Shown here piece by piece: positions 36,770 to 56,653 of a stretch of 64,000 nt of DNA. Position 1 is the first letter of the stretch; every line of letters begins with the position of its first letter. This stretch comes from Amoebidium appalachense (lineage: Eukaryota > Protista > Ichthyosporea). The notes beneath the pieces were generated by a model. That model worked only from the letters and a program-made list of their open reading frames with translations, searched no databases and was not told the origin of the DNA. The stretch covers positions 1,642,373 through 1,706,372 of the forward strand of contig CAVNZM010000001.1 of NCBI GenBank assembly GCA_963693365.1. The letters run 5' to 3'. Made by a program: the position numbers and the translations under genes.

Positions 36770-37205
36770 ATCGCCCGGTTGTGCAAGCTACAGGTGTAAT
36801 TAACGCTCATTAGCTAACTTTCACAACCGGGCCCTCCGACTGGTTCACTATCACGGCTCACGAGGCCACTTCTGCAACTTCCACGACCGAAGAATCTGAC
36901 TGGTTCCCTACTGACGACGTCAGTAGCGCAAGTTTCACAACCGCGCAGCCCGATTCGCCACATAAACCTCCCCAGACCCACGCCTTCCGTATCGTGCTCT
37001 ACCTAGCGCCCGCCCCCGCCTGACCGCCTTACGTAAGGCTTACGTAAGGCCCTGCGCAGGCCTCCCCCCAAACCTCCATATCGTGGTCTGGCCTCCCCCG
37101 ACCCCACCGCCTTACGTAACCCCGGCCCCGCGCCAGCCAACCAAACGGCCCGGTTGTGGAAGAAGGCCGAATCTGCCGGGGGGCCCCCTACGTCATTCAT
37201 ATTCA
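36770..37205. promoter_or_regulatory. Motif-dense GC-rich region upstream of RCAN (TTACGTAA x3; TTCACAACCG-like repeats)
   Basis: ccgccttacgtaaggcttacgtaaggcc at ~37024-37051 and ccgccttacgtaac at ~37107-37120; ACGTCA half-sites near 36917 and 37189; five (t/c)TTCACAACCG-like motifs in both orientations. Confidence 0.45.
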
Positions 37206-37662
37206 TGTACATTGCGATTGGTGCTTTATCATATCTTTACTTAGCTGTAGCTGGAAAACGCAGTAGGCCGTCGAATGTGGCTGGGCCTCCGGCAATGTCC
37301 ACGCAATAAAAAGTGTGTAAACCCCTTCTTCATAAACCAAAACTCCGGTAAAATCTGCCTAAAATATCTTTGTGGTGATTGGAAATAGGAGTTTACATTT
37401 GAATGTGAAAAGAAAGAAAAGCGAACGATGTGAAAGCCAACACTCTCTCATCCCCCGGTTTTCCCACCACCTCTTTTTGGTATTGCGCTCCTCCAAACAT
37501 GTACAAAAAGTACGTTCTTTTCGCCCCCTAATTTTCTCTCTTTCAAACACTCCCCACCTTTGCGTTATTTTTTTTACTCTCTACTCAGTGATTCCGAGCT
37601 GAATTCTGTCAGTGAAAAGGAAGGCTTTTCTTACACCTTAGCCCAGTTTTTCAAAAAAAAAA

Positions 37663-43974
<6,312 letters not shown>

Positions 43975-45386
43975 GCAGTCCATCTATCTCTCCTCCACTT
44001 TCAATCGGAAGTTGGAATATCTCAACGATAGTTCAACTCAAAGACGCATAAACGCCAGGATACAGGTTGGTTGTTCTGCATATGGGCCGTTGTTTTGTTG
44101 CATAGTATTGCACATCTGGCCTACACGTAAATATGAAATCTGATTGTGTTTTTCGGCGTTGGCTTTTTTTGTATGTGTTTTTTTTTTCATTTTCTTGAAC
44201 TTTTTTTCAGCATTTTTTTATTTGTTTTTATTTTTTGGTGGTGGTGGTGATGTGTGTGTGTGTGTGTGTGTGGTGGTGGGGGTGGTATTGGGGGTTCGAT
44301 TTGCGACTTTACCTTGTGGCTCGGGACGTTCGGGTATGTTGTGGTTTCCATTTTCCTACACTGTTAAAGTATTAAGACTTGAATAGAGTTTGGCGACATG
44401 CAAACCATATATCTTAGTAAATTCGTATTGATTTGTCTTCCTTCGCATGTCCACAATGGCAACAATGCATTGATCATACATACAATCCTTGCTGGTATAT
44501 CTACTGGTTTTGGCTTGTCGGTGGTATTGTATTCTAAGATAAACCCCTCCGAAAATCGTAAATATGTACGTTGTAAATTAGATGGCAGGATACGGGCATT
44601 CTTTATCGTGAGAGGGCATGGTTATAGTTGGGTTTGAGAGTACAAAACACAATACATGCTGCAATGGAAGTCACTCTGGCAAATTTGTTCCATCTTTGTT
44701 GTTGGGCCGATTACCAGGTGGGGCGTCTCTCTCTCTCATTGACATATTGTTGCAAGAATAAATAGGTCTTTGTAAAATTTACTGAAGTGTTTACTGAAGT
44801 TTTGCTTTTCTTCGTGCCACGTACATGCTGCGGTACGTACATTATAAGTGTGTGCGCGCGCATGCTCATTTGCGTGTACATTTGCATGTTTCTGGGCATG
44901 GACCAAGTCTGTTTGTCCTTCTAGCTGAGTTTAATTTGCTATAGGTGGCAGCGGCTGCGCGGGTGGATGTTGCGCGTATACTGTGCATGTGTGCATACAA
45001 AGTCAGCGCGCGGTGGTGTCCGACGCAGCGCATCCGAGCCTGTAAATCGATTGTGCTTGGCACGTCCACACACACGTACATACATACACACGTGCGCACA
45101 CACACACGTGTGTCACACACGCACAGTCACACACACACAGTTGCACGGATAACCATGGCACAGTACAAAATGCACGCTCACAATCCTTGTAGGACACACT
45201 CAGAGAGAGAGAGAGAGAGTTCGAGGGAGAGAGGGAGTCAGAGCACCACCAAGAAAATTTGTGCGCATGCATATACTTGCAACACAAAGGAACACCTGCA
45301 CACAAGCACACTCCCCCCCGGCGTGCGCACACAGTCACACACACACAGACACACACACACACACACACACATACACACACACACGT

Positions 45387-45426
<40 letters not shown>

Positions 45427-47818
45427 GCACGCACAATCCTTGTCGGGCACACCCAGAGAGGGAGGCAGAGCACCACCAAGAAATTTTGCGTGCATGCATG
45501 TACTTGCATGCACACAAGCAGTGCCACACTCCCGCACATTCACACACATCAGGCACACAGTGTCACACACACACACATACTCACACACACACACACACAC
45601 ACGTGCGCACGTGCGCACGCACACACACACACGTGCGTGCACGTGCACACACATGCATGCATGTGCAGCTCACAGACGCATACATAAAAGATGCATACCG
45701 CGCACACTAACTAATCAACACACACGTGCACTTGTACAGTACACGCGTGCGCAATGACACACGACACATGCGAGCCTGCACACACAGCTGTCTCGACTTG
45801 AGACCATACATGCATCGATGATGGATCCCTGAAGCACAAATGCCCATGGGCGACATGCGCACACATGCACACACAGTAGGCGTACGCACACGTCACACCC
45901 TGGCATGTTCGTATGCACTTGATTTCTAGTTTTTTTTGTCTGCGCTTGCGCCACTTTTGCCCACTCGGGTTTCCGTGTTTGCTTAGGTGTCTGGTACGTG
46001 CCAACACGACTACTTTGAATCTTGGAAATTTGTACCACGTGCGGGGGTGGGGGTGGAACGAGGCGGAACGTTACCTGCGTAATAAAAGTGCTGGCACATG
46101 ATCCTGTATTAAGATTACACGGCGGTCCGTTCGTTTCGAAGTGTCAGATCCCGTACCGTACGCGTCCCGACATTCCGGGCAACATCCTACAATTATATAC
46201 ATATACGTTTGATGTTAACATAAATCACTTAGTGCTTATATCAGTTTTATAGGCCAATAAGGTCTACATCAACTAGCTAGTGCAAACATTAGCTTTCAAA
46301 AGAAGTTGGACTATGGACATATATATGTAACGCGTTGGCCCAACGGTTGGAGGCCCCTGCATCTTCTACGCGGATAGATCCACAATGATAGCACATGATC
46401 ACTTGGTTGCCAATCAGAAAATGTCAAGCGGCTGCGATCTAAGCGAAGCAAAAAGTAATTGTTGCAGCGCAAATCGCCGTACAACTATACTACGTTTTCT
46501 ACTAATGTATCTTGTTGCGTGGATGTAATGTTGGCCTTGTTACTGGCACCCGATTATAGCTCACGGGTTGTTTCTAATAAACAGCATATTTTCCTCAATT
46601 GTGACTCCTAAATATGTTTAACAGTTCTCTGAACTGAGGCCAATACGTACGTACGTGTATACACGTGCATGTAGCATGTGGTTGGATTGGGCCTCAAAAC
46701 TGCGCTGAAACAGTCTTGGTAATTCTTTCATACAAGGATCAATGTAAAGTTTTGGGACATGACCTTTTCGATTTTGTTTTTCGTTGTACAGTGTAGTTCA
46801 GCTAGCCACTGTCTGGAGCAGGAAAGGTCGAGCTCGGGTTTGAAATCTGTTTGCGGGCTTTGCCCACCTCTCAATATTGTGGATCTTTGGATCTGAGTGG
46901 TGGATCTTGCTCCCGAATTTTTAATTGTTGATTTCGCAACCAATCATATTGAATACTACACTCTTCCAAACCCTGCCATTTGGACCTGGTTTGTATACCA
47001 ATATCGCTACAAATATGCACAAAAAGGCGTACAGGCCTAACACAGATCAAAGAGGTATATACAGATTCTCAGTATTTGTATAACCTTTTACCGTCGCCGC
47101 AGTTTCTTAGATCTACAGTATTGCTCTAGATCTTACTTGCGTACAAAAAGCCCGGCCACCCGGTTATTGCGCGCATTCTGCCCCTGTTCGTTCATTGGTT
47201 GCGGTCTGGTTGCTGATTTTTTAGCCTAGAGGTTCGCCATATATTTTATCCAGGGTTTGTGTTACGAATCGTATCGGCCTAAAATACGATTTAAAAAACC
47301 CCGTAATACGATTAACAGGAGCTATCCAATTAGTAAATACGACCCTGAGTGGTGTCAAAATCCACGGAATTTGCCTAAATACGATTAAGAACGCCAAACC
47401 CCGGCAATGCCTGATTTTATCTAGTATCAACGTTTCTGTATTAGCTTCTAAAGGTTATATAACATACTATATTTATTTCAACAATAAAGGACACGGTGCG
47501 GTTACCACTCATTAGATATACCGTTGGAGCTCAATTAAATGTCTGCGATTTCATTGGCGTTAAGTCACATAGATGCAGCACCACAGTTCCATTATATAAG
47601 CACTGGCGAGGCCATCATTAGATCAGTTCTGGATTTTCGGTGGGAAACGGCGGATCTATCTGAATCTATTTTGTTTCTTGTGCCGTGCGAAGTTCTTGTC
47701 GGTTCTACCCCGTTTTCCTTTTCCTTTTCTTTTTTCCTTTTCCTTTTCAAAGAATATTAGGTGGTTTTCCTTACCTTACACCAGATATCGTTTTACTGCA
47801 CATACACGCAACACAAAA

Positions 47819-49464
47819 ATGTACCAACACCAAACAGAGGTCTCCTCAGGGAGTAGCCATTTCATGTCAAACGACTTTGCAGACCCCTATTTCGGGGACA
47901 GGTTGGGCTCTCCCACCTACGACTACCCCCCCATGGCACGCAGCCTAGACATGCACGTTGGAGATTCAGAGTTTGACAGGTGGAACGTGGAGGAAGAATG
48001 GACGGGCGCCACAGGAGGCATTACTGGGCAGAGGATTGGGGGTGGTACCGGTTATGGCCACAGCACAAGAACTATAAACCCATCCACGTTTGCGCCAGAA
48101 CCTCCCATGCCTTTCGGACCGGTAAGTGTGTGGCTTAACCTCCTTTTTATTAGTTTTACTTGGTCTTTAACGTGTGTTTTGTGCTTGTTGAATAGTGCAC
48201 GAGAGTTGGTCTGAAAACCTGCATTACCGTGAGATGTTATAGCGCAAAACGACTCCTTGATTGAGATGAGCACCAAAAATCGAAACATTGTCAAGTAATA
48301 CCGCCAGAAGGGATGATGAAAAGGCACTAAACTCACTGCTTCATTTACAAACGGAAGCCTTCTCGACACTTTTTTTTTTTCAAACAGCACTTGCGATTAT
48401 AAAAGCCATTTAGTTTTTTAAGATTTGATATTACAATGGAAGCCTCTGTATTCCTCTCCTCGCCCGACAGCAGTGTGACTTTTATGCCTCCATTTTTTTA
48501 TGTTTCAATGAACTGTGTTTCAAAAATCGTATAATGTACGCATAGAGCAGCGAATCACTGTGACGTGTTGGCCTACATCGTTTAGGGGGGATGTGCTTTA
48601 TTTACACGGTCTGTCGTTTGTTTTCCCCAGGTTGATTCTTCGAGGTTAATTCATAGATTCTCTACATGTCGTTTCGTAAAGCCTCGATTTCATCCCTTCT
48701 AATTTCGCCACACCACTTGTTAGACAGTAATTAATACCTAGTGTTTGGTGCCTTTTATAATGTTTTGCTTGTAACTGCTGATAACCTCACAATCAAGGGG
48801 AACTTGCACGTGTAACAAACTCTTAATAGCACCCTTTCTCAGTTCGGCTATTAACACTTCAGATTCAGAACATGCCGTTTACAACTGCCCATTTTCGAGT
48901 TTCCCTCCCTCCATCCAACTTGAAATCGGATCTTATCATGGACTAAACCACCCCTTTCCCCCCAAACAAATATAACCAGCAGTGAACTAACACACCCGTT
49001 TCTTTTCCACTTTTTTTTTCTTTTACGCAGGCGGACGATGGAGCACTTGACGAAGTTCTTTTCAACGCCGTCCAGAACCACAACATCGGCCTTCTCAAGC
49101 AACTAATCACCATGCACCACGTCGACATCAACACCACAGACACACAAGGCACCACCCCACTTATTATGGCGGCAAAACTCAGCTACAACGATGTTATTAC
49201 TTTTTTGGTGGAGGGTGGCGCTGATGTATGTTGGGACTATCCCCCCTCCCCCCTCCCCCCCCCCCCTCCTCTTCCTTTCATGCGCATGCAGACCTGCTTC
49301 CCTCGAACCTCCTTCCCCCCCCCCCCCCCCCCCCCCGGCATACACAAACACACAGAGACACACACGAACACACACACACGCACACACATACACACGCACA
49401 CGCACACACACTAAATACCACGGCCGGGGCACCTAACCTTGGAGACGCCCATCCATATGTTCAG

Positions 49465-49500
<36 letters not shown>

Positions 49501-50977
49501 GGCCCCCACCCACCCACCCACCCACCTCACCTTCCACCCCACCCCCCACCCCCCCCTTCCCTGGACACAAAGTATCGCTGCAACACACACACAACACACA
49601 CACACACATTCGATCTAATGTTTTTTTCTCGTGCCAAAAACCCGTTTCTTCTCATACTTCTCCACGACCTCCCACTCACATCTCTTCTTGCCCCTCAGGT
49701 GAACGGCAGAGACAGCAAATCCTGGACAGCTCTTCACTGGGCCGCAGTCTTAAACAACGTACTAGCCGTGGCGAGTCTTTTCCACTACGGAGCAGACACG
49801 CAGGCGCGCACACAGGGAGGGAAAACAGCCCTAGACCTTGCCGTACTTAAGCAACACCATGAGGTGGTGACGTATCTCACACAAGACGTTAAGAAGGTGA
49901 ACGGGGGGCAAAACGAGAACAAGCAGGGGGTGGTGTCTGCGGCGGCGGGGGGTGTTTCGGCGGTGGCGGGGGCGAATGGACAGCCTAAGGCTGTGAGGGC
50001 GTGTGTCGAGTGTATGAGCTCTGAAACGGTAAGATTTCATGCCCCCCATCAGTAATCATTCCTATCCCTTCTTACCCCCCCTCCCTCCCCCCCTCCCCCC
50101 CCTCCCCCCGTGCCCTTTCCTTCTCCTCCGTCCCTCCCTTTCTCCCCATTAAACACCTCCTATGCACACATCAAAAGAAGAAAGTGGAAGAGAGCAATCC
50201 CTATCAATTTCCTCTCCCCCCTTTCCCCCCCTTTTTTTGCATCTTCTCCGTCCCTCCTCCTCTTCCTTTTTGAACACCTCCTACCCATCAAAAGAAGAAG
50301 GAAGAAGAGAAGACACACGAGCAAGCAAGCACACACACAAAGGGACAAAAGCACACTATCATTGCACGTGCCACTGACACGGACACACACACACACACAC
50401 ACACTCACTCACTCACTCACTCACTCACTCACTCACTGACTCACTCACTTACCCTCTCATAGAGAGGAACAAATAGATATATATATACCACAGACTTTGA
50501 GCAAGAAGGGCTAATACCCAGAAACCTCGAAAAACGAAACGCAAGAACCATTCTCACGTTTCTTCTCTCCTCCCCAAACAGCCCCAGTGGCGCCGTGGTC
50601 CCGACGGTACGGTTTGCCTCTGCAACGCATGCGGACTCAAATACATTAAGCGCATGCGCAGGGAACGCCAGCAACTTGCAAAGATGCAACAACAACAGCA
50701 TGGGGCACATGGAATGGACAAATACCAAGCACAAGCACTCGTGGGGACACTCGCAGACACAACGGGCGGGAAAATGTCGCAGCAAAATGGGGTGAATAGG
50801 AGACCCACACCGTATGGGGTTAGCGGGGGTGCAAGGGGGCATGTGGGTGGGAATGGCGGGCAGGAATGGCAGTCTCCGAGTGGGGGCCAGGGGCAGTATA
50901 TGCAGGCGAGGACTTTGGTGGCGACGGCGGCGCAGTCACCTACGCAGTATATGACGGCGACGATTAGAAGGATGTAG
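47819..50977 (+). CDS. Ankyrin-repeat and GATA zinc finger (C-X2-C-X18-C-X2-C) protein; exons 47819-48121, 49031-49225, 49699-50028, 50582-50977
   Basis: Phase-0 exons give ankyrin repeats (DINTTDTQGTTPLIMAA, VNGRDSKSWTALHWAA, GGKTALDLAV), then CVECMSSET|PQWRRGPDGTVCLCNACGLKY, a basic tail and a Q-rich C-terminus. TATA-like TATATAAG near 47593. Confidence 0.92.
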
Positions 50978-51130
50978 GTGTGTGCGTGTGCGTGTGTGTG
51001 TGTGTTGGGTTAAAGAATGTTCGTAGTAGGTGAGAGGGCGGGGGGAGGGGGGGGGTGGTTTACGTGGGGGGTTTTTAGATTTAGACATAGGAAATGAGTT
51101 GGAAAGAAGTGCAACCCTTACAGCGAGTGT

Positions 51131-51165
<35 letters not shown>

Positions 51166-51372
51166 TGTTGGTGTTTGTTGAATTTAGGGTTATTTGGTGC
51201 TCCACGATTCTTTTTCCGTATGCCTCTGCAGGTTTATGCGTGACGCTTGTTCATGACATCTACTGATGCGGAATTTCTCTTCATGAACTCAAAAACACGT
51301 TGTACACCGCCTCTCTCTACTTGAAACAGAATGCCTTGTTGTTAACCCCGTGACTATATTATTAATGGGGGT

Positions 51373-51406
<34 letters not shown>

Positions 51407-51721
51407 CTTTCTGGTTGCTTTGCGAAGGAGTCTACCATTGAATGATTTCCTATATGAAATTACGGGTACCTAAGATATCGGCATGAAACAGTGAATGACT
51501 TGGCTGTGTTTTTGTTTCGGAATTTAGCACCCTGCTGGCTGGCCCAGCAAAAAGAATTCTTACCCTGATGACTGAATATAGTTGAACTGTTAAAGACTAA
51601 TTGCCCGGTTGCCCGGAGTTGAATATTACAATTCCACACTCTCTGATCCACTGACCCACCCCCCTTCCCCTCCAACCCCTCCCCCCCCCCTCTTCCCCCC
51701 CTCTCCCTTCCCCTTCCCGTA

Positions 51722-51864
51722 ATGTGGATGACGTCCCCCCCCCCCCCCCCCCCCCCCCCCGAGGATGGGCTCTGCTTATTATGCATACTCTTCATATGTG
51801 GTTTGCACTCTGCATCGTGTTGCCCGTTATGAATGTGTACTCCGTACTATATGGCCCGTTCAAA
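51722..51864 (+). mobile_element. Copy of the structured repeat in the opposite orientation
   Basis: tgtggatgacgt-(C)n-gaggatgggctctgcttattatgcatactctt...gcatcgtgtt...ttcaaat followed by a C-run. Confidence 0.75.
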
Positions 51865-54106
51865 TCCCCCCCCCCCCCCCCCCCCCCCCCCCACCCCACA
51901 CACACACACCTGTTTTTCTCTTTCTCACTCTCTTTCTCCCTCCCCCTCCCCCCTCCCCCCTCCCCACACACACACACACCCCTTTCTCTGTTTCTCTCTC
52001 TCTCTCCCTCCCCCCCCCCCCTCCCCCTTCCCCCTTCCCCGCGCCCCCCCCTCCCCCCCCCCATACGCAAAATATTTCTTTATGTGGTGGGGTTGTGCGC
52101 ATCATTACTCCTGAGGGAGTCTGTGAATGTGGACTTGGTACTCCCGTGTATAAAACACCAGTAGTCTAACCCCCCCCCCACCCCCCCCTACCCCACTTCC
52201 CCCTCACCACTCAGGATATCTCTATATTTGTGGTTAGTACGAGTTTCACTTCTCCATCTCTGGGGGGTGGGGAGGAGGGGGGGACAAGGAGATGGGGGCA
52301 TGCATGTCGACAATAATATGTAGTGTGCCCCCCTCCCTCTCCCTCCCCCCTCCCTCTCCCCTCCCCCCTCCCCCTCCTCCCCCCCCTTCCCCCCCCCTCC
52401 CCCCTTCTCCCCCCCCCCCCCTCCCCCCCACCCCCCCACCGGCCCTCCCCTCTCCTTCCTCTACAACATACAAACAGACACACCCCTCCTCTTCACAATA
52501 ATAGAAACAAAACCCCCACCCATCCACGCCCTCGAAGTTTTCGAGGGATATTGCCACACATTGCACCACACGTTGGTGTCGATATGCATGCCCATCCCCA
52601 GCACGCCTCCCCCCCAGGGCTCCGGCCACACACAAACACACACGCAAAGGCTGACACCCCTCATGCCTTCATGTTGCATTTTTTTAATCCTTTACTTCAT
52701 CATCACTCCGTATCCTGCATCCATATTCAATCCCCCCCCCCCTCCCCCCCCCGCCCCTCCCTCCCTCCTTGCCCCCCCACACGTCACCCCCATCCCCCTA
52801 ATACCCGCCTTAGGCCGGCCTCACGCGTTCACTCTCTGGCAACCATCATTTTTAGCTACTCCGGATCCCCCCCCCCCCCCCCCCTCCCCCCCCTCCCCCC
52901 CCCCCACCCCCCCCCACCCACCCCACCCACCCCATAGCCCACCCACGCACCCACCCACCCACCCACCCACATATAAAAAGACACTTTCCACCACCACCAT
53001 CCCCATAATTAATATCCCTCCTTTCCCCCTCGTTGTGAGGTAGACAGTTTGTGTATGTGCGTGTGTGTGTGTGTGTGTGTGTGCACGCGTCCGTACGGAC
53101 CATTGGCGGTGTCTGTGTGTACATTTATGTGTACCCTTAGCACAAAGGGGGAATGTACCACGTATGAGTCACGCCGAAAAACTCAAAGCAGCGATAAGCA
53201 GAGATATACATACGCAACATGAGTAGAGCCCATCAACCAATATCGACCCATTCACCCCACTCAAAAGCGACGCCCCCAGGGGGGGGGGGGGGGGGGGGGG
53301 GGGGGGGAGGGGGGGGGAAGAATGCAGGTACTAATAATTATGTTACCTACAGTCTGACAGTAATTCATACGAGCAGCAGGTTTCCCTTGAACTCAGGCAT
53401 CATTTGATACAAATCTGGAGTGTGGTACGCAGGGCCACGAAAATGCTTACCGGCCTTTTGAGAGGAAGGGGGAGAGTCAGAATGTGTTACAGTGTCACAG
53501 CAAAGCACACACAAGATGTACATATTATGATGAAGTGCCCATCGTCTCCTCGTCTCCGCGCCGGGGGGGGGGCTCCTGGGGGGGGGGGGGGGGGGGGGGG
53601 GTTTCGGATTTTTGACGAAACTGGATGCAGCGCAATGATACGAAACAGAGTTCATTTCGATTTTTCTGCATGCGCGCACAGCGACACCTAATTTTTTGGG
53701 CGTCCTAGCCAGTAAGGCCAACCCGTTTTCCTGCCGTCCTTATATGTACAATTTGCATTTTCCGGTAGAATTGGGAATTCGACTGAAGCCTGCACTGGTT
53801 AACTATACAAGAATCCGGGAATACAGTACCATATACACCGAATATGCACACGTAACGGTTACAAACCGTACCAGCATGCATAAAAGCTCTGCCACATTCA
53901 GATTACTATAATGTACAGATAAGAGACCTGACATGTAATGTATTGCTGTTATATACAAACCATTTTCATCAATCAATCCAATCATACGCTCAAACTTTAC
54001 GTAGTAACAACCACGCTGTTGCACAAAGGCACCCCGCGGCCCACTTCTTCTTCATGAACCCCACCTCACATAGTAACCCCCCCCCCCCCTTCCGCAATGG
54101 CGAAAT

Positions 54107-54892
54107 TTAAGCACACACCAAAATATCATCAAACACAGCGTATTGGTCACTCTTCGGTGCCCAACTCGAACCGCTCCCACCGAAAAACGTCGCAAAGAGA
54201 AAGGTGTCCAGCTTGATCCCATCCGTTTTTCTCCACAACACACCGTTCTTGCTCAATGCACTGCTTCCATCCTTCCACCCCTGCAAGACACCATCACTAC
54301 TTTTCCCATCGTTCAACACTACGCGCTGGGAAAGAGTAATCCACCCATCCTTCTTCGCACTTGCTGACCAGGCATAATCATCACCATAAGAGGTATCCTG
54401 CCCTGGATGGTAGAGATAGTTCACCAGTTTCCCCTTTTCCCTCCACATAATGCGCGAGCTGAACCCGTCATAACCGCTCGAGCGTGAAAATCCCGAGTTG
54501 CAGTCCCCTCAGAACAGACCAGGAAGCTTCCCACCCTTGCGGAAATCGAAATTTCCGACAAATTTTACGCGGAAACTCACGTACGCCTCGTTTGAAGCGG
54601 GGAAACTGGTGGCTACAAAAAGGGTGCAGTCGGTTCCCACACACCCGGATGGATAGGTAATTTGTAGGCCAGCCCCGGAGTAACCTTTCACAATTTTCGT
54701 GCCCCGAAAGTGTGAATTTGTCGATTCTGTGTGGAAGTCACTTCGAAGGTTGCTTGAAGTGTAGGTGGAGCCGATTTGGTGGTTGTCGAAATCCACATTG
54801 AGAACGGGTGATGTGTTGCCCCGGCACACACCGCCAAAAACACTGGCGACGGAGGCGAAAACGAACAAAGAACTCGCGAGTGTGTGCGCCAT
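54107..54892 (-). pseudogene. Intronless secreted polysaccharide lyase family 14 (alginate lyase-like) gene interrupted by an in-frame TGA at 54511-54509
   Basis: Signal peptide MAHTLASSLFVFASVASVFG and PL14 motifs L.I.YP.G, F...FDFRKGGKLPGL, GFSSRIMWR, Y.Y.P, G.W..+.Q.V.LN...DG.L..W, FATFFGG...W. The two ORFs 54509-54892 and 54107-54448 are the same frame separated only by one stop. Confidence 0.85.
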
Positions 54893-56235
54893 TTTGTATG
54901 GTAAAAGAAAGAAAACTTCTATAAAAACGACAAGAAAACAACACCCAAGTTTTGATTCGAAACGCTTTGGTTGTGAGCTTCTGAACCTGAGTTCTTCAGA
55001 GTGAACATATGTACACTGTGGACAGTGTGGAGTATTCAGTATTCAGCTTCAGCCACTCACCCCGAGTCACCCGGCGAGATGTGCTCAGAGATCTATGCGA
55101 GGAGCCAATCGGAGCGCGTATTTCCTGTCCTGGGCAGTGCAGGCGAGAAAAACAGTGCTATAAAATCGCTTTAAAAAATCTAACCAACCCAATGCAGTTC
55201 TAGAATTCCCCGCGGACCCCGGGTTGGCCTGTTTAATCCAATCATATCCAGTAATCTACCATTCGAATCTATCATATCCAGTAATCTATCGGCCGTTGTC
55301 CATTGGCGCAACTTGTGTATGCAACTTGGTCTTGGTGACAATACGCACGTGACGCTGTGTGTTGTGACTTCGCAAACCCCGTTCGGTCTGTCGGTCTTGC
55401 ACAATTGCAAACTGTTTCTACGGTTGTAATCTCCATGCGAGTATGTTTTAGATACTAATATAATGTAAGCTTAGAACAGTGACATATGGCGTATATTATA
55501 CATCATCGCTCAAACCACTGAGCAATACGTGATCCTCTCCCTATACTATCCATCTGTCTTAGCTGGTTAACGTTGAAGCCGATATCGATTGTAGCGTGAT
55601 CATAATATTTTTGTGGCAGCTTGTGAAGCTGAGGCTTTTCGAAGGCCTATTCTTGTACATACTGTACTGTAAATCTCATGCTTTTTTACAGGTTGCAGTT
55701 TTGTCCCTTTTGTCTTTCTTTCAGGGGCACTGGCTTTACATTTACATTGAAGTTTTGAGGCCGGCTTGGCAATACCAGATCATGTTGTTCGAACCCTGCG
55801 CAGGTCACAGTCACGGCCGCGGTCCGCCTACACAAATGATCGTAATCCGAGTAAACACTGTGAAAAGGCCCGATGATACAGTAGCCGGGCCCGCTGGGCA
55901 TGTGTTCGCCTTTTTATGACACCTATGGATGACTAATTATAATGTGAACACAATTGCGAAGAGCACATTTTTTTCCCTTCCTTCTCTCGACAGACCTACC
56001 CCCAAACTCTATTTCCCTCTGGGGCCCCAGCCACCACCACCACGGTGACGTCCCACCCACGTGCACCACGCTAGCCCTCAGCTCCCGGGTGATTTCCCCC
56101 AGCTAGCTCTCTTTCTCTCTAAATCTCTAGACATCTTGCTCCTTTTTTGAGGGACTCGAAGCCTTGAAGGGTGGGGGGTGGGAGGGGGGGAGATGGAGGG
56201 AGGGGGTGGGTGGGTGGGTGGGGTCACCGTGGGGT

Positions 56236-56269
<34 letters not shown>

Positions 56270-56422
56270 GGGGGGGGGGGGGGAGGGGGGGGGAGCTCGA
56301 GGGGAGGGGCAGAGTTGGGGGGGGATGGGAAGAGTGGGGCGGGAGGGAAGATAGCCGCGGAAAAGGAGTGAGGGGGGAATAGGAGCGAGGGAGAAATAGT
56401 CGGAGCCCGATTGACGATTCGG

Positions 56423-56498
<76 letters not shown>

Positions 56499-56502
56499 TG
56501 AC

Positions 56503-56575
<73 letters not shown>

Positions 56576-56578
56576 TGA

Positions 56579-56653
<75 letters not shown>

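Noticed and set aside
54509-54511. Selenocysteine or reassigned TGA codon
   Set aside because: The position is a conserved Gly rather than Cys, and TGA is used as a normal stop in the RCAN and aldolase models.
55218-55290. 30-bp direct repeat aatc.atcatatccagtaatcta
   Set aside because: Only two units; a simple local duplication with no further structure.
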